Below are positions 29,283 through 38,581 of a DNA stretch of 64,000 nucleotides, piece after piece. Position numbers and translations under genes: made by a program. Location of the stretch: contig JBMOLF010000015.1 of assembly GCA_049325595.1 (NCBI GenBank), positions 128,001 to 192,000 of the forward strand, read 5' to 3'. Source of the stretch: Candidatus Babelota bacterium. GTDB taxonomy: Bacteria; Babelota; Babeliae; Babelales; Vermiphilaceae. The notes beneath the pieces are model-generated. The model saw only the letters and a list, made by a program, of their open reading frames with translations, made no database searches and was not told where the DNA came from. The stretch's first letter is position 1; every line of letters begins with the position of its first letter.

Positions 29283-30338
29283 ATGAAAAAAAATAATTTA
29301 CTCTTTTACTTGTTTTTTTTAATTTTATCACTTCACTTGCGTGGTATAGAAAGAAGCCCTAGAAGAATAATAAAATCCCATGCTTACCATTTCTATGGCA
29401 AGATATTTCTTGACTTAATAGACGCCATAGACCAAGAAAATCTCAGCAATATTGATAAATACTTAATCTATATTAATCCGAATGAGTTAATAAAGTACGA
29501 GCAATCAAGTGACGAGAATTCTATCCTAGAACCGGATGAAAAATATATCTTGTTAAGATGTAATTTTCATGAGGAATTATTACGTTATAAATATTTAAAT
29601 AAATATTTTCGTCTTATTCATATATGTATAGAAAGAAACAAATTAAATTCTTTAGAACATCTTTTAAAACATGGTGCGAAGTTCTGTGGTATTGTTAATT
29701 GTAATACAAACAATGAAGAATTCTCATTAATCAACCATATAGCAACACAAAAGCATCCAATAGAATTTTATTCTCGTTTATTGGAAATTCTTATAAAGAA
29801 TGGCTTTAAAATAAATACCCGCGACAACCAAGGTAAAAACACTATACTTCATTATGCTACATGGTATAGTAATTCCGCACTAATTCAATCCTTGCTTAAT
29901 TATAAAAATTTAGACCTGAATCCCTATAACGAACAATTAATTATTCCATTACATATTTTATTGCTGCGTAAAGAAAATGACATAAAAAAACGCATAGAAT
30001 GCATTAAATTATTATTGTCCTCAAAAAAAACTAACCCTAATATTCCTCTTCCTTTTAATAATATACCGTTAGTTAGTTGTGCTATACTCAATGAACCAGA
30101 AATTGCAAAAGTTTTAATATCTTATGATCAAGTTGATTTAAATAAAACAGATGCGCAATCATGCAGCCCCTTAATGGGGGCTATAAAAAAAGAAAGTACA
30201 GAAATTATATCATTATTGCTTACTAAAAATGTTGATCTTTTTCATGAAGATTGTGATTGCAAAAATGCATTTGATTATGCAAAAGATAAACCAGAAATTT
30301 TAGCCTTGCTTCATGAGCATGTTAATTTAAAAAAATAG
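29283..30338 (+). CDS. Secreted ankyrin repeat protein, paralogue of 27824-28858
   Basis: NTILHYA, SPLMGAI, shared AFDYAKDKPE.LALL. Confidence 0.85.
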   Translation: MKKNNLLFYLFFLILSLHLRGIERSPRRIIKSHAYHFYGKIFLDLIDAIDQENLSNIDKYLIYINPNELIKYEQSSDENSILEPDEKYILLRCNFHEELLRYKYLNKYFRLIHICIERNKLNSLEHLLKHGAKFCGIVNCNTNNEEFSLINHIATQKHPIEFYSRLLEILIKNGFKINTRDNQGKNTILHYATWYSNSALIQSLLNYKNLDLNPYNEQLIIPLHILLLRKENDIKKRIECIKLLLSSKKTNPNIPLPFNNIPLVSCAILNEPEIAKVLISYDQVDLNKTDAQSCSPLMGAIKKESTEIISLLLTKNVDLFHEDCDCKNAFDYAKDKPEILALLHEHVNLKK

Positions 30339-30380
30339 AAAAGAGGCAAGGGGAAAAACAAAACAACCTTTTTTTGGAAT

Positions 30381-31403
30381 TTAAATTAAACCCTTTTTCT
30401 TGAATAACAATGCTGCACGACTTGTCTTTACTAAAGGATAAAGAAAAAGGGTTGCGCTACCAGCCATTAAACCACTTGATATTGTTGCAATTCTTTTTGA
30501 CTGGGCATAAAGAGGAATTAGATTATCGCATGTGGGTGTTTCGTGTGCAATATCTAACTGTTTTTTTATTGTTTCTTTTTTGATTTTTTTATCTGCTTTG
30601 AGTGCTTCTTGAGCACAATAATAGCTATTGCACAAAAATAAAGCAGCGCAACCAATGTTTCCTAAAATGTTTGGTTTGCAAAATTGTTTGGCTAATAACT
30701 TTCTATTTTTTTGTACTACATTCTTGGGTAAATTAGTTTTTTTGTTAGGTAAATTTTCAATAATTTTTTTATAGTACGAAGCTCTTTCTTTTTCTGTTGG
30801 ATAGAAAATTTTGAATTCTTTATGATCAGAGAAATCAAAGCAGTGCCTAATATTGTAGTTATAACCAATAAAATTTCTGTTTATGAGTTCCGTTAAAATA
30901 GTATCCATTTTATTCATCTTGTGAAGAGTACTTAAGGCAAGCTGATCCGCCTCAAATTCTTTTTGATAAGGATATTGTTTCTTATAGTGATGTTCTAATA
31001 TCCAATGCGCAAGTTCATGGGTAGCTACATATTTAATTTCATCTTCATCTAGTAAAACGGTATTTAACCAGATTCCTGTGGCTGTTTGTCTGCCAGCATT
31101 TATAGTTATAGTACCTTGAGCTAAATCATCTTTATTTAATAAGTTATGAGCAGACATTTTATGTATAGGTAATTTTTTTACTTTACCTGTGTGATCACCC
31201 ATAGCAAAAGCTATTTCTTCAGACCAATCACGTAGCTCTTTAGATATTTCTTGATTACCCAACATTTTTTTGTGTAACTCATAGCGCTCAAGCCTTTCTG
31301 TCTCAGATAAGGTTGCAATTTCTAATGCTTTAATATGTTGATTTTGTTCTGATGCCATACCGGTAAGTGCTGACATTGCGAGTAAAATAATTATTTTTTT
31401 CAT
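30381..31403 (-). CDS. Secreted HExxH metallopeptidase-like protein
   Basis: THELAH, EFEAD; start chosen at MKKIIIL. Confidence 0.7.
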   Translation of the reverse strand: MKKIIILLAMSALTGMASEQNQHIKALEIATLSETERLERYELHKKMLGNQEISKELRDWSEEIAFAMGDHTGKVKKLPIHKMSAHNLLNKDDLAQGTITINAGRQTATGIWLNTVLLDEDEIKYVATHELAHWILEHHYKKQYPYQKEFEADQLALSTLHKMNKMDTILTELINRNFIGYNYNIRHCFDFSDHKEFKIFYPTEKERASYYKKIIENLPNKKTNLPKNVVQKNRKLLAKQFCKPNILGNIGCAALFLCNSYYCAQEALKADKKIKKETIKKQLDIAHETPTCDNLIPLYAQSKRIATISSGLMAGSATLFLYPLVKTSRAALLFKKKGLI

Positions 31404-31521
31404 ATTGATTGTTCTATTATAGAATTCTGAAATTAAAAACACTATACATGGAATTTGGTTCAACGTTCATTATTCATTTGTTCTAATTGTAATAAAATAA
31501 CAATGTTGGTCAAATAATACT

Positions 31522-32550
31522 TTAAATTAAGCCTTTTTTTCTAAATAATAATGTGGCACGCCCTGTCTTAATCACTGGCCATAGAAAAGGCACCGTAGCT
31601 CCTGCAGTTAATCCTGTTGCAATCAAAGCAATATTTTTTTGCTTGTTATAACGATCCCTAAATACATTTTCTAGATAGGGCATATCTAAAAATTCAGTCT
31701 TAGCGTTCTCAGCTTTATTATTCGCTTTATAGTATTCTTTAGCCCAATAGTAGCTATTGAACAATAAAAATGCCGCGGTACCTATATTCCCTGCGATATT
31801 TCCAGGCTTTAAGAATTCTTTTTTAAATAGATTTCTATTTTTTTGTAATAACTTTTTAGGTAGATTAGTTTTTTTGTTGGGTAAATTTTCAACGATTTTT
31901 TTGTAATAAAGAGCTTTTTCTTTATTGCTTGGATAACTAATTTTTTCTTTTTTATCCCAAAAATTGGTGATTGAATCTTTAACATTGTAATTATTTTCAA
32001 CAAAATTACGATCTGCAATCTTAGCTAAAATAATATCCATTTTATTTAACTTATGGAGAGTATTAAAAGCGAGTTCATCTGCTTCAAATTCCTTTTGATA
32101 TTCTGATTTACTAAGCCATGAATGTTTTAAAATCAAGTGCGCAACTTCGTGATAGGCAACAAATTTTATTAAATCATCGTTTATTGTCGTATCTAACCAA
32201 ATTCCAGTAGGTGTTTGTACTCCACATAAATTAGATTCATTTTTTTTAGCTGATTCACTTAATTCATGCACAGGCCATGTAGCAATATCTATTGGGTGAG
32301 CTCCCATAGCAAGACCAGCTTCCTCGATAGTTTTTTGAATTTCTGCAGATGCGAGCCAAAAGCCATACTTCATTTGATTATTACCATAGTTTGATTCTAG
32401 ACTTAAGCTTTCACCGAAAAAACACTTTAAATCATGGCTGTAATTAAATTTTAAATTATGTTTTCCCGGAGTTGGATTATCTGATAAATTTTCAGATGCT
32501 CCCAGCCCAGTAATACATAAGAATGATAAAATAATGAATATCTTTTTCAT
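31522..32550 (-). CDS. Secreted HExxH metallopeptidase-like protein, paralogue of the previous gene
   Basis: YHEVAH, YQKEFEAD, shared ENLPNKKTNLPK and KKGLI end. Confidence 0.72.
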   Translation of the reverse strand: MKKIFIILSFLCITGLGASENLSDNPTPGKHNLKFNYSHDLKCFFGESLSLESNYGNNQMKYGFWLASAEIQKTIEEAGLAMGAHPIDIATWPVHELSESAKKNESNLCGVQTPTGIWLDTTINDDLIKFVAYHEVAHLILKHSWLSKSEYQKEFEADELAFNTLHKLNKMDIILAKIADRNFVENNYNVKDSITNFWDKKEKISYPSNKEKALYYKKIVENLPNKKTNLPKKLLQKNRNLFKKEFLKPGNIAGNIGTAAFLLFNSYYWAKEYYKANNKAENAKTEFLDMPYLENVFRDRYNKQKNIALIATGLTAGATVPFLWPVIKTGRATLLFRKKGLI

Positions 32551-32653
32551 CGTTAAACCTCCTATAAAATTTTTTTATTATTTCTAATTGTAACAATTAT
32601 AGGAAATTAATCAATAAAAATAATTTATAAAATTGAATATTTAATCATAATTT

Positions 32654-33610
32654 CTAAATATTATTTGACTGTAAAAAATCATTTAATTTACGCTCTGGCG
32701 CTGCTTCAATACGCTTCATGCGCTCAATGTCCCCCAGATATACTTCAGTAGTCGTTGGCGCAGTATGCCGCATAGCAAGCTGTACTTCATAAAGTGATGC
32801 TCCAGCTTGCATGGCCATTACCCCAAAGGTGTGTCTCAAGCTATGGGCCGTAATGCGTGTGCTTACAATGCCAGCATCACGCAAGCGATTTTTTATAATG
32901 CGGGAAAGAGAATGAATGGTAATGCGTCTGCCATAATTGCGGTCTGAAAGAGAACTAAATAATGGATCTTTGGTAGAAATTTTTTGCCGCGCTTTTAAAT
33001 AATCTCTAATGGGCTCATAGGCTTCGGGAGTTAATAATACAAAATCATCTTTACCATCGCGCGCCTTACCGCGAATCCATAACAAAACATCAGTTTCAAA
33101 ACTCATATCGGCAATATCAGCCCGCTTAATTTCAATTAAGCGCAGGCCAGTTCTTATGAGTAAATTAATAAGTGCGTAATCTCGTTTGCCAACAAGTGTT
33201 GTACGATCGATAGATGATAATAATATTCTAATTTGTCCTACGGTAAGCGCATTTTTTTGGTGGCTTTTAACTTGCTTTTTTGCGCCCTTTATACCGCGCG
33301 CAATGTTGGGATACATTTTAATGGTCTCGGTCCATTCAAAAAATTTTCTTACCACTACTAAATAAGCAGAGCGGGTAAATGGACGCAAGCCTTTAAGATC
33401 CAGGCTTTCTTTGTAGGCTAAAATAGTTTCTCGTGTGGGATTGGCATGAGTAGTTTGAGCAAACCAGATAAAAAATTGCTTGAGAGCATTGCGATAAGAA
33501 ATGCGTGATGTTTGTGTAATATCTTGCGCTGCGATAAACTGTTCGAGTAATGCTTCAAATTGTGAAAATGGTATTTGGCTTACTGCATTGTTATGCTCCA
33601 CTAACTCCAT
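32654..33610 (-). CDS. Tyrosine recombinase/integrase (XerC-like or phage-type)
   Basis: RDYA..TGLR, K(A)R, HSLRH, MRH...TEVY catalytic residues. Confidence 0.92.
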   Translation of the reverse strand: MELVEHNNAVSQIPFSQFEALLEQFIAAQDITQTSRISYRNALKQFFIWFAQTTHANPTRETILAYKESLDLKGLRPFTRSAYLVVVRKFFEWTETIKMYPNIARGIKGAKKQVKSHQKNALTVGQIRILLSSIDRTTLVGKRDYALINLLIRTGLRLIEIKRADIADMSFETDVLLWIRGKARDGKDDFVLLTPEAYEPIRDYLKARQKISTKDPLFSSLSDRNYGRRITIHSLSRIIKNRLRDAGIVSTRITAHSLRHTFGVMAMQAGASLYEVQLAMRHTAPTTTEVYLGDIERMKRIEAAPERKLNDFLQSNNI

Positions 33611-33640
33611 ACCATTGCTCTCCTTTACAAAAGGTACTTA

Positions 33641-34471
33641 ATGAAGAACAACTATTGCTTGTATATTATAGCTCTAATTCATGTTTTTTGTAATGTTTCA
33701 TTGCATGGCTGGCATGAAATTATTTCACCTTTAAGCAAAGTTCCAGGAAACTTATATACCCTAGAAATTATTGATAGCAAATCAGCATGGGCAGTTACCT
33801 TTTTGAATAATGATCTTGAGCGAAGCTTAGTAAAATATCATGATAATCAATGGCAATCGTTTGCTATTCCTGCCCAAGATCCACATTTGCTGGCGACAGG
33901 GGATGATGGCAGTTTATTTATTGTGGCAAGAGATGAAAATTATAAGTATGGATTATGGCAGCTTGTTGATAATATGTGGCGGCCCTTAGGAAATTTTGAC
34001 AGTACAAATGGCTATCCAACCAATCTTATTGCTATTAATAAAAATTGTGCACTAGTTGCCATTTGCCCATGTCGTGGCAGCACGCAAATACGATCAGCGC
34101 TCTATGCATGGGATAACAACAAGCTTATATATATTCCGAATGTACTTAATCATAATGCAATGAGTATTACTGACGAAGGAAAAATTGCGGCGGATTTTAC
34201 CATAACAAAACAGTTGTCCGATAATAATTCTCTTTTTAATAAAATCTTATTTCACCATAATATGCCTACTCATACTATAACCATTGTCGTAAAAAATAAT
34301 TCTCAAATATGGGCTTATGCTGGTAATACGGATACAAAACTCTATTGCTGGAATGAAAAAAGACAGACTTGGGAAATTTTCACTAAAAATTGTGATGCGC
34401 TAATGAAGGGGAGTAGGGATAAAAAAATATATTACATAGACAAACAAAATAAACTATTTTGTTATAATTAA
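33641..34471 (+). CDS. Secreted hypothetical protein, probable beta-propeller
   Basis: Signal peptide; repeated short Trp-containing beta-strand units. Confidence 0.6.
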   Translation: MKNNYCLYIIALIHVFCNVSLHGWHEIISPLSKVPGNLYTLEIIDSKSAWAVTFLNNDLERSLVKYHDNQWQSFAIPAQDPHLLATGDDGSLFIVARDENYKYGLWQLVDNMWRPLGNFDSTNGYPTNLIAINKNCALVAICPCRGSTQIRSALYAWDNNKLIYIPNVLNHNAMSITDEGKIAADFTITKQLSDNNSLFNKILFHHNMPTHTITIVVKNNSQIWAYAGNTDTKLYCWNEKRQTWEIFTKNCDALMKGSRDKKIYYIDKQNKLFCYN

Positions 34472-34574
34472 TAACAAACCTATATCACCCCAGAAAAAGC
34501 AAACTGTTTTTCTTGCAGATCACAATGGTGTAGTATGTATGCGGTGCTTTTTATAATTAGCGATAAAGGAAAAA

Positions 34575-35522
34575 ATGATTACTGTTTTATTACTCTACAT
34601 GTTTATGGCAAGCACCTTTACGTTTGGTAAAGCTGCTTTGTATTATTTACAGCCATTTTTCTTTATTGCATTGCGCATGATTGGTGGTGGAGTTTTGTTG
34701 CTTGGTTATCAATATTTTTTTAATCGTAAACATATCAGGATTGAGCGAAAAGATTGGTTTTTGTTTGCTCAGATTATCGCATTTCATATTTACATTGGCT
34801 ACATATTTGAATATTGGGGTATGCAATATGTTAGTTCTTCAAAAACCTGTTTGTTATATAACTTATCTCCATTTATAACTGCGCTTATTGTCTATCTACT
34901 TTTTAATGAGCGTTTATCTATACAAAAATGGATTGGCCTAAGTGTAGGATTTGTGGGCATGCTACCAATTCTGTATACCCAAGAAAGTGCTGAAGCGCTT
35001 ACGCAACATATTGGCATATTTTCTTTGCCTGAAGTTTCCATTTTGCTTTCTGTTGCCTCAACCGCTTATGGTTGGATTGTAATGCATCAATTAGTCAAAA
35101 AACATTATTCACCGATATTAATTAATGGTATTGGCATGCTATTTGGTGGTATTTTTGCACTTATTACTTCAGCCTACATTGAAGGATGGCCACCAAAATT
35201 ATATACACCAGTTCAAGAATCTGGTTTTTTAATTAAAATGCTTGGTGGTTGCTTAGGCTCAACCTTTTTTGTTTCTCTTGCTATGGCTCTTTACTATACA
35301 TTATTGCTTATTATCATTGGTAATGTAATTTGCTATAACCTCTATGGCAACTTGCTTAAAAAATATTCTGCCACATTCTTGTCGTTTGCTGGATTTACTA
35401 CACCACTTTTTGCTGCGCTTTTTGGTTGGCTCTTTTTTGGTGAGGTAATACCATGGCAATTTTATGTATCGGTAATTGCCGTGTTTTTTGGATTATGGAT
35501 ATTTTATCGACAAGAGTTGTAG
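34575..35522 (+). CDS. EamA/DMT family transporter
   Basis: LRMIGGG, SPFITA, PLFAALFGWLFFGE; paralogue of 24867-25799. Confidence 0.88.
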   Translation: MITVLLLYMFMASTFTFGKAALYYLQPFFFIALRMIGGGVLLLGYQYFFNRKHIRIERKDWFLFAQIIAFHIYIGYIFEYWGMQYVSSSKTCLLYNLSPFITALIVYLLFNERLSIQKWIGLSVGFVGMLPILYTQESAEALTQHIGIFSLPEVSILLSVASTAYGWIVMHQLVKKHYSPILINGIGMLFGGIFALITSAYIEGWPPKLYTPVQESGFLIKMLGGCLGSTFFVSLAMALYYTLLLIIIGNVICYNLYGNLLKKYSATFLSFAGFTTPLFAALFGWLFFGEVIPWQFYVSVIAVFFGLWIFYRQEL

Positions 35523-35551
35523 TTTGTTTTCTACAACTCTCTTTTTTATTA

Positions 35552-35869
35552 CTAAGAATTAAGAGTAAATCGTTTTACAATTCTTCCATTATATTCAATG
35601 TCTTCGGTAAATAATGATACTGGACGTACCCAGATAAGTTCGGGGTTAGATTCAAGCTGATAAACTACAACTTCTTCTAACGTAGCTTCAATGTGTGCTA
35701 TTGCAATAATTTTATAGCGATCACCTTTGTAATGGGTATAAATAGTATTAGGTTGAATAGTAAGTGCTTGAGTTGAGTAGGGTTGTAAACTCATTTTGTT
35801 TTCCTTTGCAATTGAAAAATTAGCTAAGCATATTAACGCCAATAATATAGTTGTTTTATTTATTATCAT
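35552..35869 (-). CDS. DUF1653-domain protein
   Basis: YTHYKG..Y, H.ATLEEVVVYQ, WVRP..F, KRF. Confidence 0.8.
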   Translation of the reverse strand: MIINKTTILLALICLANFSIAKENKMSLQPYSTQALTIQPNTIYTHYKGDRYKIIAIAHIEATLEEVVVYQLESNPELIWVRPVSLFTEDIEYNGRIVKRFTLNS

Positions 35870-36109
35870 TTTTTTCTTTTTCTAATGAACCCATTGCTGT
35901 TAAAAATTCACTTAATCGTTGGGAGTAACTAGATTGTTGTAATGTTAGCTTATGGTATGGGTTTTCGCTTTGTCTGACTTTATCTTTTAGAACCTTTTTT
36001 AGAACAATATTTTCATCATTTGAAAATTGTATCTTTTCACTGGTATAGGCAGTTGTCACAAAACATATCCATATAAAAAGTAGGTATTTTTTATTGTTTT
36101 GTGTTTCAT
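35856..36109 (-). pseudogene. Frameshifted small secreted protein
   Basis: ATG at 36109 joins the 35856..36059 frame if one A is added to an A6 run, giving MKHKTIKKYLLFIWICFVTTAYT|SEK. Confidence 0.45.
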
Positions 36110-36184
36110 ATCTGAACTCTTTATTTTTGTAAAAACGTGATAAGATGAATCATCTATATAATAATCTTTTATAAAGTTTAATCT

Positions 36185-36685
36185 ATGCCATCATCAGTTC
36201 ATGCACAAGTAAAAATAAATTCACCCATCGGTGACATATATCTTATTGCTTCTGATAAAGGTTTATCGGGAGTTTACCATTCAGTACAACCTATACCTAT
36301 GCTAGATAGTTCTGATTCTTTATTGAACAAACAACGTGTTATTTTAGCGCACGCCTCGCGTGAGCTTACTGAATATTTTGAAAATAAAAGAACAACATTC
36401 ACAGTCCCATTAGATATTCAAGGCACACCATTTCAACAAAAAGTATGGCAATCATTGCTTGAAATACCATATGGAAAAACAATTTCATACAAACAACTTG
36501 CCGCAATGGTTGGCAATCCAAAAGCATCCCGCGCTGTTGGGTCAGCTAATGGAAAAAATCCCTTATGGATTATTATTCCCTGCCATCGAGTGATTGCTGC
36601 TAACGGCACATTAGGTGGTTATGCAGGCGGATTAGCTGCCAAAAAGCACTTATTAGATCTTGAACAAAAAGTTACTCATAGCTAG
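36185..36685 (+). CDS. ogt: Methylated-DNA-protein-cysteine methyltransferase
   Basis: GTPFQ, IPYG, RAVGSA, IPCHRV active site. Confidence 0.95.
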   Translation: MPSSVHAQVKINSPIGDIYLIASDKGLSGVYHSVQPIPMLDSSDSLLNKQRVILAHASRELTEYFENKRTTFTVPLDIQGTPFQQKVWQSLLEIPYGKTISYKQLAAMVGNPKASRAVGSANGKNPLWIIIPCHRVIAANGTLGGYAGGLAAKKHLLDLEQKVTHS

Positions 36686-37124
36686 AATTGCTTTTTGTTT
36701 TTTCTAGAGTGCCCGGTTTATGTTGTGATGGTGCATAAATGGTAAATAATTTAAGTGGACTTTTGCCGGTATTTATAAAATTATGTTGAGTGCCAGCTGG
36801 TACGAATACTAAATGGCCTGGTTTGATTTCTGACTCAATGCTGTTAAGAACGGCTTTGCCAGTTCCCTCAACAAATATAAGTGTTTGGTCAACTTTGTGC
36901 GTTTCAAGTCCAATATCTTCATTCACCGGCACACTCATTAACACTATTTGACTATGAGGCCCGGTTACTACCTCTTGACGGAAATTTGTGTTTTTTTTAG
37001 CTAATTCAACAATATTTTGATTATATGTTTTCATAGGCGCCTTTTTCATTGAAAAGTTAATGCCGTAAATGGGTAATAACCATATATTTGATAGTATTCC
37101 TATTAAAACTATTGTTATTCGCAT
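36672..37124 (-). CDS. Cupin domain protein
   Basis: IGLETH..DQ, VPAGTQHNFINTG, LFTIYAP; start chosen after AGGAG. Confidence 0.85.
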   Translation of the reverse strand: MRITIVLIGILSNIWLLPIYGINFSMKKAPMKTYNQNIVELAKKNTNFRQEVVTGPHSQIVLMSVPVNEDIGLETHKVDQTLIFVEGTGKAVLNSIESEIKPGHLVFVPAGTQHNFINTGKSPLKLFTIYAPSQHKPGTLEKTKSNSSYE

Positions 37125-37205
37125 AGTAACTCCTTTTATAATTATTTTAATTGTGCGATACACAACAGGTTAACCGCAACTGTTTAAAAAAAAGGGATTG
37201 CTTCT

Positions 37206-37526
37206 ATGCTTACTAAAAGAAACATTTGGATTATGGTTTTGCTTATCTTGGTTACCGGAGGCCTTTATTTAGCCTATTGGTTTGTGGTAACTAAATGGGA
37301 ACTTAATGCTATGGGCGCACAATTGCCCACCGCATTCTTGTTTTTTATACCTTTTGCTAATATCTATTTTATCTATAAATTTTCACAGGCATTTGCACAA
37401 AAAGTTTTAAAGAATGAATCAGAGGCTCTAACGTACTTTTTGTTACTATTCTTATTAATGCCTATTGGTGTTCTTATTGCACAATCTAAAATTAATAATT
37501 TTAAACAGGGATTATCTTCAAAATAG
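37206..37526 (+). CDS. Small membrane protein (DUF4234-like)
   Basis: LILVTGGLYLAYW pattern, three TM segments. Confidence 0.65.
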   Translation: MLTKRNIWIMVLLILVTGGLYLAYWFVVTKWELNAMGAQLPTAFLFFIPFANIYFIYKFSQAFAQKVLKNESEALTYFLLLFLLMPIGVLIAQSKINNFKQGLSSK

Positions 37527-37590
37527 TTCTGACAATTTTCATGGAAATGATTACTTCATGTGCTTGGACATTTGAGTAAGATTAAAAATT

Positions 37591-37622
37591 TAAAGACCCC
37601 TCTTTTAACTGAGGGGTCTTTA
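37591..37622. terminator. Bidirectional terminator
   Basis: TAAAGACCCCTC...GAGGGGTCTTTA between convergent genes. Confidence 0.75.
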
Positions 37623-37653
37623 AATTACATAATTGGATAAAAAGGTAATTCTT

Positions 37654-37905
37654 TTAGAGCTCGAGGCCCAATACCTTTTTTTTTGCAACTTTACGTTTAG
37701 CACCAGTACGTTTGGTTGCAGCACGTTTTGTAGTTTTACGTGCGCCACCGCGGCGTGCAGCTGTTTTTTTACGTGCAGTTGTCTTTTTAGCTGCAGTTTT
37801 TTTTGCTGCCCCTTTTTTAGCGGTGCTTTTTTTAGCAACTTTACGTTTAGTCGTTGCTTTTTTAGCTACAGTTTTTTTTGCAGTAGCTCTTTTTTTGGTT
37901 GCCAT
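37654..37905 (-). CDS. Histone H1-like Lys/Ala/Arg-rich nucleoid protein
   Basis: AAKK/TAKK repeats; AGGAG SD; terminator downstream. Confidence 0.8.
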   Translation of the reverse strand: MATKKRATAKKTVAKKATTKRKVAKKSTAKKGAAKKTAAKKTTARKKTAARRGGARKTTKRAATKRTGAKRKVAKKKVLGLEL

Positions 37906-38026
37906 TGTACTCTCCTTTTTTAATGGTTACAACCATCTATCATTTACAATTACAATTGTACAAAATTTAAATTTTAAAAATCAATAACTGAAGAAACAAT
38001 TTTTATTTCAACCGTTAAAAAAACTA

Positions 38027-38497
38027 TTAGTTTTGAGCATCTTGTACTTGCGTGATTTCGTTAGATTTATCCGATCTAAAGGAATTTTCTGCAATAATTT
38101 GACTATCAAGATTTTTACAATAACGGGTATTTAAAAATGAACCATAATTAATTAAAAACGCTTCATGACTATGAGGAATATTTTCTTTTTTTAAGTATGC
38201 ATGTGCCGTTGCTTTAACTAACAATCCGGTAATTATTAATTTTACCAAAGGATTACCTACTGATGGCGTATGGCTTGCAAGTAATCTAGATGGTATTTTT
38301 ATCGCAAAATTAGTTGCTGCAACGGTTAAAAATGGATGATTATATACAAGCCGTGCAACATCTTCGGCATTAAGTTTTCGTGCTTCATCCTGTGCTGATT
38401 GTAAGAGTTTTCTTACATGTTCTTGTAAGTTTACTTCTTGCGCATTAATAGTAATAGCACTTACTAAAATAGTTAATACAAAACGTGTGGATAACAT
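38027..38497 (-). CDS. Secreted hypothetical protein
   Basis: AGGAG SD; signal peptide ending INA|QE. Confidence 0.7.
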   Translation of the reverse strand: MLSTRFVLTILVSAITINAQEVNLQEHVRKLLQSAQDEARKLNAEDVARLVYNHPFLTVAATNFAIKIPSRLLASHTPSVGNPLVKLIITGLLVKATAHAYLKKENIPHSHEAFLINYGSFLNTRYCKNLDSQIIAENSFRSDKSNEITQVQDAQN

Positions 38498-38581
38498 CTT
38501 TGCTCCTTGATTAACCGGTTGTTTGAATTAAAATGCTATTAGTATAGCAAATTAATACGCTTTGCTAATACTTATGCCAAT

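Noticed and set aside
32654..34574. Integron (integrase divergent from a cassette)
   Set aside because: The recombinase lacks the IntI-specific insertion before HxxR, and no convincing attC follows 34471
37633..37987. Plus-strand ORFs overlapping the histone-like gene
   Set aside because: Antisense shadows of the K/A-rich repeat
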